64,000 bases of DNA from Candidatus Dadabacteria bacterium. GTDB taxonomy: Bacteria > Desulfobacterota_D > UBA1144 > Nemesobacterales > CSP1-2. The stretch spans positions 128,001 to 192,000 of the forward strand of contig CAWDVW010000006.1 of assembly GCA_963805855.1 (NCBI GenBank), written 5' to 3'. Below the pieces are notes generated by a model that did no database searches, was not told the origin of the DNA, and saw nothing but the letters and a program-made list of their open reading frames with translations. Positions 52,081-61,144 of this stretch are shown here, one piece after another. The translations under genes and the position numbers were made by a program. Each line of letters starts with the position of its first letter. Position 1 is the first letter of the stretch.

Positions 52081-52124
52081 TTATGATTCCAACTTAAACC
52101 GCCGTTGACAAAAGGGGAGCAGGA
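52081..52124 (-). repeat. Repeat copy R5, abutting the integrase remnant
   Basis: TTATGATTCCAACTTAAACCGCCGTTGACAAAAGGGGAGCAGGA. Confidence 0.85.
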
Positions 52125-52127
52125 TAG

Positions 52128-52418
52128 GCAATAAAAGAAGCCGGTGTTAAATGCACCTTCCACAGTTTAAGACATACATTCGCAAGCAACCTGGTTACAC
52201 GCTTGAAAGAGGATATGGTAACGGTAATGGAGTTAACCGGACATAAAGATATTAGGATGCTAAAACGATATAGCCATACAAAAAAAGAGCTAAAAAAAGA
52301 GGCTATGTCAACATTGGGGAATCATCTAAAATCCCTCGATTTGGATACATCCATAGACACCTCCTCGGACACCTCTACAGGTGACAAGATTTTCACCAAA
52401 TTATCTGTTATATCTTAA
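52128..52418 (+). pseudogene. C-terminal remnant of a tyrosine recombinase/integrase
   Basis: FHSLRHTFASNL...ELTGHKDIRMLKRYSH catalytic motifs; N-terminal part missing; points toward the tRNA-Glu 3' end. Confidence 0.9.
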
Positions 52419-52444
52419 CTTCCTGTTATCAATTGGAAATATGG

Positions 52445-52522
52445 TGGCGTCCCCGAGGGGATTTGAACCCCTGTTACCGCCTTGAAAGGGCGATGTCCTA
52501 GGCCAGGCTAGACGACGGGGAC
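52445..52522 (-). tRNA. tRNA-Glu (TTC)
   Basis: GTCCCCGTCGTCTAG...CTTTCAA loop...GTTCAAATCCCCTCGGGGACGCCA. Confidence 0.96.
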
Positions 52523-52527
52523 GGGAG

Positions 52528-52601
52528 TGAGCCGTGCAGGATTCGAACCTGCGACCCACTGCTTAAAAGGCAGTTGCTCTACCTAGCTGAGCTAACGGCT
52601 C
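52528..52601 (-). tRNA. tRNA-Lys (TTT), CCA not encoded
   Basis: GAGCCGTTAGCTCAG...CTTTTAA loop...GTTCGAATCCTGCACGGCTCA. Confidence 0.96.
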
Positions 52602-52616
52602 ACAGGTAAATGTCAA

Positions 52617-52644
52617 AATATATCACTTTTGAACCCTTTGTCAA
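52617..52644 (-). promoter_or_regulatory. Putative sigma70 promoter of the tRNA-Lys/Glu operon
   Basis: TTGACA-N16-TATATT on the minus strand. Confidence 0.5.
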
Positions 52645-52718
52645 AAAGTTGCGTTTTCTCTTTTCTCGTTATAATTGTACGGTGTTAATGTTCATTCAAT
52701 TGAATTTGAAGAAATAAT

Positions 52719-53877
52719 ATGGTCCTGGATTTAGATCGGAATCAGTTTAAGAACTTTTCATTGATTATCACATCCAGTTTTCTGTTTTTCTGTAATTTTT
52801 CTTCCTTTTTTCTTTTGCCTCTATTTATAAAAAGCCTGGGAGGGAATGAAAGAAACATAGGCTTTGTGATGGGTTCATTTGGAATCACGTCCATAGGGTC
52901 TATCCCTATCGTTTCCTACTTATTAGACAAATATGGAAGGCGTAAATTCCTTGTGCTCGGGAGTTTAGTTATGAGTTTGTCTTCATTTGGCTTCATTTTC
53001 ATAAAAGATCTAAGCCCTCTTCTATATGTATTCAGATTATTTCAGGGGATTGGTTTTGCTTTCTTTTTCACTTCTGCGGCTACCGCCGCGGTAGATGTAA
53101 TACCTGAATCGAGAAGGGGCCAGGGTCTCGGAATATTTGGGGCATTTCTTATTTTAACCTATGCCATAGGTCCGAGTATTGGTGAATTGGTCATTGATAA
53201 ATTTGGATTTAGTCTGTTTTTTATAATCACATCATCATTCAGCCTAGCTGCTACCTTCTCTGTTTTTTTTATAAGGGATGTTGCATTTAAACGATCGACA
53301 GACACAAATGCACTCCGTTTTTTTTACCTCGCATTCTCCAAGAGATACTTTGTATTACTACTTACCAATATAATCGCAGCAAGCGGCTTTGGCTCTGTAC
53401 TATACTTCATATCGGTATACCTAAAATCCAAGGGGTTGAATGTCTCTTATTTCTTCGTTACCTATACCATTACCGTTGCAGCTTTGAGGATTTTAGGCGG
53501 TAGAATCTCTGACGTCTTTGGAAGGAAGGGTGTAGCATCTCCGAGCCTGTTTCTATTTTCACTGGCGATAGCATCGGTTGCCTTAATAAATTCGGTATAT
53601 ATGATTGTTCTGGTCTCAGTATTATTCAGTGTCGGATATGGAATGTTATATCCAACGCTCAGCGCCCTTGTCATTGATAAGTCATGGGCCGGACGAAAGG
53701 GGAAAGGCAATGGGCGCTTATAATGCGAGCTTCAGCATGGGTGTTAATTTTCCAACGTTTGCCTTTGGTATAATTGCTAAAAATTGGGGTTTTGTTGATA
53801 TGTACCTTATATCGGCATTCATTGTTTTCGTAGGGTTTTTAATATTCACCTTTTTTGAAGCCAAGCGGTACTCTTGA
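52719..53877 (+). CDS. MFS transporter with an apparent frameshift near 53685
   Basis: DKYGRR and SDVFGRK loops; the last helices continue in another frame (PDERGKAMG). Confidence 0.85.
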
Positions 53878-53911
53878 AAAATAATTTGTTTTATTTACTC
53901 TTGCGGGTGCA

Positions 53912-54679
53912 ATGAAGATAAAAACTGGCGATTGCGTGCTTCTATTATCCTCGGATAACAAAACCTTCCTGGTTGATATAAGGGATGGGAAGGTTTTCAG
54001 CACCCATTTGGGGACCCTTAAACTTGGTGATGCGATTGGTAAGGGTTATGGAGAGGTTATACAAACACAATTGGGTAAACGGTTTTTCCTGCTCGATCCG
54101 ACCCTGGAAGACAGGATGATGAAGGCAAGGAGGCTTACTCAGATAATCTATCCCAAGGATGCCGCTTTAATACTTCTGAAGACCGGGATTCTTTCGGGAT
54201 ACCGGGTTATTGAGTGTGGTGTAGGCTCGGGTGTGCTAACCATGGCTTTGTCTAATGCTGTCTCTCCGGATGGGAGAATATATTCATACGATAGGAGAGA
54301 AGATTTTTTGGATAATGCAAAAAGAAATGTCACAGAGGCAGGATTTGGGGAATTGGTCGAATTTAAATTGAGGGATGTTAACGACGGCTTTGATGAAACT
54401 GATGTTGACGTTGTTATACTGGATTTACCGTCTCCATGGGAGGGCGTTCCCTCTGCTGCTAGGTCGATCAGGGGTGGTGGAAGGATAGCTAGTTTATCAC
54501 CCACGTTCAACCAGGTTGAAAAGACGGTTGAAAGCCTGACCAACGAAGGGTTTATCAACCTAGAGAGTCTTGAGATTCTGATACGCAAATTCCTGGTTCG
54601 TTCTGGGAAGACCAGACCTTTTGAAAGGATGGTAAGCCATACGGGGTTTTTAACATTTGGGAGGAAAGCTATTGTGTAG
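53912..54679 (+). CDS. trmI: tRNA (adenine-58-N1)-methyltransferase, TrmI/GCD14 family
   Basis: TQIIYPKD, ECGVGSG, LDLPSPW, HTGFL. Confidence 0.9.
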   Translation: MKIKTGDCVLLLSSDNKTFLVDIRDGKVFSTHLGTLKLGDAIGKGYGEVIQTQLGKRFFLLDPTLEDRMMKARRLTQIIYPKDAALILLKTGILSGYRVIECGVGSGVLTMALSNAVSPDGRIYSYDRREDFLDNAKRNVTEAGFGELVEFKLRDVNDGFDETDVDVVILDLPSPWEGVPSAARSIRGGGRIASLSPTFNQVEKTVESLTNEGFINLESLEILIRKFLVRSGKTRPFERMVSHTGFLTFGRKAIV

Positions 54680-54719
54680 CAAATACCGGCTTATTTAATA
54701 TTTAACTTTTGGGCACTAC

Positions 54720-54919
54720 TGTAAATCTTAGATAATTCGTGGATAAGATTCTTACAATTTGATGAGACTTTCTGAGAATCAAAAGGGCTTGAACGGCATT
54801 CCAAGTCCTGACGAAAACCAGGATCTATTCAGTATCAAGACAAAGAAGTTGGAAAGAAAAGTAAGATGATTGACGAAAATACTTTTAAAGATTCTTCCTT
54901 GAAATATCTGGCTTTTAGA
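54720..54919. mobile_element. Short MITE-family copy D with a 5-bp target duplication
   Basis: ACTAC|TGTAAATCTTAGATAATTCGTGGATA...GAAATATCTGGCTTTTAGA|ACTAC; interior matches the left part of copy B. Confidence 0.65.
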
Positions 54920-55064
54920 ACTACGACATATCTTAGGTCTAATATGGAGCTATCCCTACAAAATTTTTTGATTAGATACCGCAGTAATAAAGGGTATAAA
55001 AATTTTTTAATCAAGTTATAATGTACATTCTGATTTTCAAATCTTTCGAAATTGTGAGGTAATA

Positions 55065-56267
55065 TTGATGAGTTTTACCGATCAGATTAATAAACTTCTG
55101 GAATTCAGGGACGAGAAATATCCCATTACGTCACTTTATCTGAAATTGGGCCCAGCAGAGAGAGAGAATTTCAAGTATAGAATAATCCTTAAAAACCTGA
55201 TTAAAGAGCAGAGGGATACTCTTACTAAGTCAGGTTTAAATAAGGAATCGATTGAATCTGTCGACTCGGATTTTAAAAAGATCTTGAATCATATCGAGAT
55301 TAGTTCAAATATCACAGCCTGCGGAGGGGTGGCGATCTTTTCTTGCGCTGGCGCCGAGTTCTTCGATGTATTCAAACTCCCCTTAGTCTACAGAAGTCGA
55401 CTGGTGGTTGGCAGGTCTCCACTTACGCGACAGCTGTTCAGGATAAACGATGAGTTCGGCGATATCGCTATTGTTCTGGTCGATCGAAAGAAGGCAAGGC
55501 TATTCAGGATTAGTTCGAACAGGGCTGAAGAGATACGTGGCTACCTTTATCCCGAATCCGCGAGAACAACGAAGTTCCAGTCCCAGGAAGGTACTTTTAG
55601 GCAAAGGGTATCAACTTCTGCTGGTGGAGAAGGGGTAGCGCAGGGTTACGGTGAATACAGTTTTCAGAGGATGATTGAGAATGAATTGCATCAACATTTT
55701 AAAAACGTATCTGAGAAACTATTTGAATATTATAAAGATAACAAATTCGAATGGTTGATTATAGGAGGAGCAGAGCAGATTAGAGCCGATTTTTCAAATC
55801 ATCTTCATACCTATCTCAGAGAGAGGGAGCTCGGAACAATTACAGTGGATGTTGAGTCTGTTAAACCCGATATCCTCGTTGAAGAGTCTCTGGATCTCCT
55901 GGAAACAATGAGATCAGAAAAACAAAAGAGATTGATTGAAGAATTCGAAGAAAAGCTTGGCTCAAGGCTTGCTTTTAACGGGTTGGAACCTACTTTGAGG
56001 GCACTGATGAGGGGACAGGCCAGAATATTATTGGTTTCAGATGGTTTTAACAGAGAAGGGTATAAATGTCCGGATTCTGGTTTTCTAATATTGGAGGAAA
56101 GGGAAGGTCTTTGTCCTGAAGGCGTAAAGCCATTACGTGTTATTGACATCGTTGATGAGGCGATCGAGGAGGCCCTGGGACAAAAGGCCGAAGTTGAAAT
56201 AGTAGTTGATCAGGAACTTAAGAAGAAGATTCAGGGACTAGGTGCGATTCTACGATATACGAGTTGA
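55065..56267 (+). CDS. Bacterial homolog of the archaeal/eukaryotic release factor aeRF1/Pelota fold (baeRF family)
   Basis: SLYL, GVAIFS, VLVDRKKARLF, C-terminal eRF1-domain-3-like LLVSDG...GLGAILRY. Confidence 0.8.
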   Translation: MMSFTDQINKLLEFRDEKYPITSLYLKLGPAERENFKYRIILKNLIKEQRDTLTKSGLNKESIESVDSDFKKILNHIEISSNITACGGVAIFSCAGAEFFDVFKLPLVYRSRLVVGRSPLTRQLFRINDEFGDIAIVLVDRKKARLFRISSNRAEEIRGYLYPESARTTKFQSQEGTFRQRVSTSAGGEGVAQGYGEYSFQRMIENELHQHFKNVSEKLFEYYKDNKFEWLIIGGAEQIRADFSNHLHTYLRERELGTITVDVESVKPDILVEESLDLLETMRSEKQKRLIEEFEEKLGSRLAFNGLEPTLRALMRGQARILLVSDGFNREGYKCPDSGFLILEEREGLCPEGVKPLRVIDIVDEAIEEALGQKAEVEIVVDQELKKKIQGLGAILRYTS

Positions 56268-56342
56268 TATGTAATTTAAATATAATTAAGTAGTTAAAAT
56301 TAGATTTGGAAATAAGTTAAAGTAAAACATGAAGCCGTGACC

Positions 56343-56678
56343 TCAAATATTTCTCAGGTCTACCACCAAGCTTCTTCCATTATCGAAGAGTTCGTTGAAC
56401 CTGCTTCTACTGGTGGTAACCATGACGATCCTTGGTCTAGCTCCGGGATGGGGTAAGTCTGCAAGGGCTGCATCCTCTGTAGCATATAATCTGTTTGCAT
56501 AGTGCTTCTTTTCTGCTTGCGATGCGCGCCTACCCCGGGCAGATTGGAGGAATACCTCACGGGTCCCCTGTGTTTCCGTCTCACTTTCAGAATCACATGA
56601 AATCCCTACAAGGCTGATAGCGGCAAAAGAACCGCTTAGCAGTATAAAATCGCGTCTTGTTAATCTAGTCTGTGACAT
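56343..56678 (-). CDS. Hypothetical Tat-exported lipoprotein
   Basis: TRRDFI twin-arginine motif plus lipobox GISC. Confidence 0.7.
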   Translation of the reverse strand: MSQTRLTRRDFILLSGSFAAISLVGISCDSESETETQGTREVFLQSARGRRASQAEKKHYANRLYATEDAALADLPHPGARPRIVMVTTSRSRFNELFDNGRSLVVDLRNI

Positions 56679-56957
56679 TTAGCGTTATTTTCTTTTTTGG
56701 GCAGGGGGAAGTGCCGTTTTCCCCGCCAGTTCGGTCATGCAGCTTACCACATCACCGGCCCAGACTTTGCGACAGGACCTAACCAACGGTGCTGGCAACA
56801 CGTTTTACCCTCCGCAAAACGTCTTCCAGGCCTACTAGGCGCTCCGCCCTTGCTTTCTGTTTTCCTTTTCATCGTACTCTCCTACTCACAGGTGCTTTGC
56901 CACCCACTCAGCCAGTTTCTTCCTACCAGCCGCACTCCCGTCCTTTCTGCACTTTTC

Positions 56958-56986
56958 TTTATATCAAAAAGAAATAGTTATGTCAA
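56958..56986 (-). promoter_or_regulatory. Putative sigma70 promoter upstream of a long leader
   Basis: TTGACA-N17-TATAAA. Confidence 0.55.
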
Positions 56987-57214
56987 GGATTTTTTTTGTT
57001 TTTTTCAATAGAAAATGGATTCTAACTATATGTTCACTAAAGTCAGGTGAGATATGATTTATTTGAAAACCGGCTGTAAAATTTAATTGTTAGGTATTTG
57101 TCGATCTTGGGATACTGGTGAAACTCCCTGAAAGAAGCTTCAGGGTATCATAATAGAGACTGATGGTTGCAGATGTCTGCGAGGAGCCCTGAACTTAGGC
57201 GAAGTATTCGGCAT

Positions 57215-57360
57215 GAGAACTTTTTCCTGTCATCTCGAATACTTCGCTGAACTCAGCATAAACTCCTGTGAGAGATCTGGTAGTTAACTCAGTCAAAACA
57301 AAGAGAAAGGAAAGATTTCTCTCTTCGTTCGAAATGACAGATGGTATTCGAAATGACAAG
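57215..57360. repeat. REP-doublet-like unit, also present at ~59068-59192
   Basis: AGAACTTTTTCCTGTCATCTCGAA...GAGAGATCT...AGATTTCTC...TTCGAAATGACA in both places. Confidence 0.7.
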
Positions 57361-57522
57361 ACTAGTTGCAATGAAGCGGAAGGGAAATGGGATCGCTTGA
57401 CGGATCCTGCACTGGGGAAATCGAAGGTGTGTAGCAATGACGGACGAGCAGAAACCCTGTATGTAGCGAGCTACGGGGAATTCGATAGTCAAAGATTTGG
57501 TTTAAGCAAAGATTAAGCATAA

Positions 57523-58356
57523 ATGTCTATACAGATGAGATTCATAAAGTGGGTCAAAAGTAGTAGCAAAGTCCGATATTCCGTCGCCATATTTTTACTC
57601 CTGATATTGGGGTTCCTATTTTTTATAGCTGATCTGAGTGGCGATGATGTATACAGAGTAAAGAGTGTAATCGATGGAGACACCATAGTGCTTGAAGATA
57701 TTTCAAGCACCAACGTGAGATATTTGGGTATAGACTCGCCCGAAGTGCAGTCTTTGGATGGCCCTGGGGATCCGCTTTCAGACGAAGCCAGAAAACTTAA
57801 TAAAAATTTGGTTGATGGGAAAAGAATCCGGCTGGAATTTGATAGTGAAAGATTCGATCCCTATGGGAGAACACTCGCATACGTTTTTGTTGATGACATC
57901 TTTGTGAATGAACAATTATTGAGGAGCGGCCTTGCAAAAGCCTTACTCATCAAGCCAAATGAAAAGTATGCTGAAAGATTACTAAAAGCAGAAAAGGAGG
58001 CTAAAGATCTAAGAAGAGGAATTTGGGGGGATCTTTCAAGCTTAAAGTTTCCCCAGGGAAACAGTGATTTTGTTATAAAACCTGCCAGCGCTACGAGACA
58101 TATAGATCAGCGAGTGGTCGTCAGAGGTAAAATCACCAATTTTAGGAAGTCAGAGAAGGTGTTAGTTTTGAAGATGGAAGATGTGCTTGATATCGTACTA
58201 TTCCCTGATAGTTTGAGTAATTTCAGTTTTTTCAATATTATTCCTGAAGACTATTATTTAGGTAAGCCTGTCGAGGTGATAGGCAAAATAAGGATGTACA
58301 GGGGGAGGCCTAACATAATAATCAGTCACCCGATGTCGATAAGGGCTTTAATGTGA
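57523..58356 (+). CDS. Thermonuclease (SNase) family protein with C-terminal OB-fold
   Basis: VIDGDT, VRYLGIDSPE, DPYGRTLAYV, RRGIWG. Confidence 0.9.
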   Translation: MSIQMRFIKWVKSSSKVRYSVAIFLLLILGFLFFIADLSGDDVYRVKSVIDGDTIVLEDISSTNVRYLGIDSPEVQSLDGPGDPLSDEARKLNKNLVDGKRIRLEFDSERFDPYGRTLAYVFVDDIFVNEQLLRSGLAKALLIKPNEKYAERLLKAEKEAKDLRRGIWGDLSSLKFPQGNSDFVIKPASATRHIDQRVVVRGKITNFRKSEKVLVLKMEDVLDIVLFPDSLSNFSFFNIIPEDYYLGKPVEVIGKIRMYRGRPNIIISHPMSIRALM

Positions 58357-59000
58357 ATGCCAGAGAGCTATTGATCTCAGGAGCGAATGAGTTAGATATC
58401 ACTCTCTCCGCCGAGCAGACCCAACTCTTTCTTACTTATTTGCATATCCTTCAGGCCTGGAACGAAAAGATCAATCTTACATCAATTAAGGATGAGAAGG
58501 AGATAGTGATAAGGCATTTCTTGGACTCATTAACAATTTTTCACCATATAGAAAAAGAATCGAGGGTCCTGGATATAGGATCGGGCGCCGGCTTCCCTTG
58601 TATCCCTCTTAAAATAGTAGATCCTTCAATTGAGATAACACTTCTCGATTCAACCCAGAAAAAGGTATATTTTATCAAAGAAGTAATCAGAAAGCTAAGG
58701 CTTGAGGGGATCGATGCGGTATGCGCCAGGGCTGAATCAGAGGAAAACGGGGTTCAGAGGAATTATTATGACTTTGTGATTTCCAGGGCCGTAGGGACCG
58801 TCGATAAACTTGTTGAAATAAGCAAACCCTATTTAGCTGATCACGGGAAAATTATTCTCATGCGCGGGAAAAGCGGATTGGAGGAATGGTCGAATTCAAG
58901 GGTTGTTTCAAAGAATTTCAGGTTACTAAAGTTTAGTGATTTAGTGCTTCCATATTCAAGACGAAGGAGGGTGATACTAGTGGTAGGTCGATGGCCTTAA
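58353..59000 (+). CDS. rsmG: 16S rRNA m7G527 methyltransferase
   Basis: WNEKINLT, HFLDSL, LDIGSGAGFP, ISRA. Confidence 0.95.
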   Translation: MNARELLISGANELDITLSAEQTQLFLTYLHILQAWNEKINLTSIKDEKEIVIRHFLDSLTIFHHIEKESRVLDIGSGAGFPCIPLKIVDPSIEITLLDSTQKKVYFIKEVIRKLRLEGIDAVCARAESEENGVQRNYYDFVISRAVGTVDKLVEISKPYLADHGKIILMRGKSGLEEWSNSRVVSKNFRLLKFSDLVLPYSRRRRVILVVGRWP

Positions 59001-59020
59001 CATACGTTTCATTTTCTTTT

Positions 59021-59250
59021 TTTTCTTTGTCTTGATACTGAATAGATCCTGATTTTCGTCAGGACATCAGAACTTTTTCCTGTCATCTCGAACGCATGTG
59101 AGAGATCTAGTAGTTAAGTCGGTAAAAGCAAAAGACAAAGGAAAGATTTCTCATGGAACGTGTACTGAGCTTAGCCGAAGTATTCGAAATGACATGACGG
59201 ACTGTTCGCTCAAGTAACGATATCCTTCTGCTTGCAGCGGGGTTATTCGT
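59021..59250. repeat. Composite REP/MITE fragment cluster
   Basis: 59021-59065 matches the reverse complement of 54805-54845; remainder matches the 57215 unit and GCAGC/GCTGC palindromes (also at ~2108-2140). Confidence 0.65.
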
Positions 59251-59293
59251 TAGATATGTTGAATGGGATAACCAATACTTTAATCATTCAAAG

Positions 59294-60271
59294 TTGAAGG
59301 GGTGTCTTATGGTTTTATTTTTGGGCGAAGCAGAAGTCGAGGAGCTTTTGAAAATGGAAGACGCTGTACATATAGTGGAAGAAACTTTCAGGCAACAGGG
59401 GAGAGGGAACATAATCAATCACCCCAGGAGGAGGATCAAGACACCAAAGAGTATGCTTCATTATCTTCCCGGTGCCGTTCCGCATATGAATGTAATGGGT
59501 TATAAGGCCTATACCTCATCAAAAGCTGGAATAAAGTTCAGGGTTTTTCTTCATGATATCGAAACCGGAGAACTTCTGTCAATTATGGATGGAAACTACA
59601 TGGGTATGATCCGAACGGGTGCCGCAACTTCGGTTGCGACAAAGCATATGTCTAGACCGGATTCATCGCGGGTAGGCATTTATGGCGCCGGATGGCAGGC
59701 GAGGGGGCAGGCGATGGGTGTTTGTTCTGTAAGAGAAATTAAGAGTATGTCGGTGTATAGTCGAGATCCCGATAGGAGAAAAGCGTTTTGTGATGAGATG
59801 AGAAATCTTCTCGATATAGAAGTTACTCCCGCTGAAAATCCCGAAGATGTTCTAAATCAGGTCGATATAGTCATAACATCTACGACCTCAGTACAACCGG
59901 TGTTTAGTGGGGAGTGGCTGGAAGCCGGCGTGCATATAAACGCGATTGGAGGTAATTTCCTGTTCAAACGAGAAATAGATGAGCGATGCGTGAGTAAGAG
60001 CGACGTAATTGTAGTTGAGTCGAAGGAGCAATCGAAGCTTGAAGCGGGTGAATTGATGCCATTGATAGAAAAGGGGAGGCTCTGGTGGGAAAAGATATAT
60101 GAGCTTGGAGAGGTGGTTACCGGCAAGGTAAAGGGTAGGAACAACAGCGAAGAGATCACTCTTTTTAAGTCTCTTGGAATCGCAATCGAAGATATTGCGG
60201 TTGCGGCCCATATTTATAAAGTGGCGAAGTTAAAGTCTATCGGGAAGAATTTGGATATTCCTTCCATTTAA
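59294..60271 (+). CDS. Ornithine cyclodeaminase/mu-crystallin family protein (start probably at 59309)
   Basis: IRTGAA, GAGWQA, HINAIG, LFKSLGIAIED. Confidence 0.9.
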   Translation: MKGCLMVLFLGEAEVEELLKMEDAVHIVEETFRQQGRGNIINHPRRRIKTPKSMLHYLPGAVPHMNVMGYKAYTSSKAGIKFRVFLHDIETGELLSIMDGNYMGMIRTGAATSVATKHMSRPDSSRVGIYGAGWQARGQAMGVCSVREIKSMSVYSRDPDRRKAFCDEMRNLLDIEVTPAENPEDVLNQVDIVITSTTSVQPVFSGEWLEAGVHINAIGGNFLFKREIDERCVSKSDVIVVESKEQSKLEAGELMPLIEKGRLWWEKIYELGEVVTGKVKGRNNSEEITLFKSLGIAIEDIAVAAHIYKVAKLKSIGKNLDIPSI

Positions 60272-60333
60272 GTAGACAGGCGCCTGTCAAAGCGATACTA
60301 TAATAGTGCTTCACGAATTGAATAGGTTGGTAT

Positions 60334-60984
60334 ATGGGAAAAAAGGTTAGAATAGGCTGGGATGTCTCTCACCTGGAGTTTACAATTGATGATCACTATT
60401 ATTATTCCATTTTAAAGTCTAAAATCATTGAATCAGGTGCATCGGTTACTACATTAAAATCATTGGAATATCTTAATGGGTTCGATGTCTTAGTGCTCAA
60501 CTATCCTGAGAAATCATTCGCCAAAAGAGAAGTCACGGAAGTTATGAATTTTATTGAAAAAGGAAATAGAGTGGTAGTGTGTGGGTACTACAATAATGAG
60601 GATGGGATTGCAGACTGTATCAATTCTATCTCCACTCACTTTGGTCTAACTTTGAAAAAGGACTGTGTCAGGGATAAATTGAATAACTACAAAGGGGATG
60701 AGTTGCTCTTGGTTACTTCCAGAGTTTTATCCCACGACTACAAGGTCAGGAAGATATTACTTCCCTGCTGTTCATCGATCAAGATAAGAGGAAGATCAAA
60801 TAGTGTGGTTGCAATGAGTCAAGGGTCGAAATCTCTTCCAAGAACGGAGGAAGTTGTTGCCGCTCAGTCTAAGTTCGGCAGGGGTGAATTTATTCTTATA
60901 GGAACCTGCGTTTTCTGGGATAATTATTCTATCTCTAGATACAGTAACCTCAGGTTTTCGATTAATCTTCTTCTTGGTAGCTAA
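60334..60984 (+). CDS. Hypothetical protein, class I glutamine amidotransferase-like fold (DUF4350/GldG-like)
   Basis: DVSHLE, FDVLVL..P, F.EKGN.VVV, G.GEFILIG. Confidence 0.55.
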   Translation: MGKKVRIGWDVSHLEFTIDDHYYYSILKSKIIESGASVTTLKSLEYLNGFDVLVLNYPEKSFAKREVTEVMNFIEKGNRVVVCGYYNNEDGIADCINSISTHFGLTLKKDCVRDKLNNYKGDELLLVTSRVLSHDYKVRKILLPCCSSIKIRGRSNSVVAMSQGSKSLPRTEEVVAAQSKFGRGEFILIGTCVFWDNYSISRYSNLRFSINLLLGS

Positions 60985-61144
60985 GTTATCTTTTTTGGGT
61001 GTAGAATAATTACTCAGAATGATTATCAATATGGCTTATTGACTCGATTTATCGTTGCGTAAAGGCAGGTAGACATACACATCGATATTGACCCTAACCA
61101 ATGCGGGTGTTAATTTAAAGCAAAGAGTTTTCTGAGAGGCTTGA

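Noticed and set aside
42394-52124. R repeats as a CRISPR array or classical integron attC sites
   Set aside because: Spacing is irregular (0.6-5.3 kb), there are no cas genes, and I saw no attC-like RYYYAAC...GTTRRRY hairpin.
53605-53877. Separate small membrane gene after the MFS transporter
   Set aside because: It is the frameshifted C-terminus of the same transporter.
56740-56800. c-di-GMP-I riboswitch (GTCGCAAAG on the minus strand)
   Set aside because: The GGCAAAC and GNRA-loop elements are not recognisable; kept only as a generic leader candidate.
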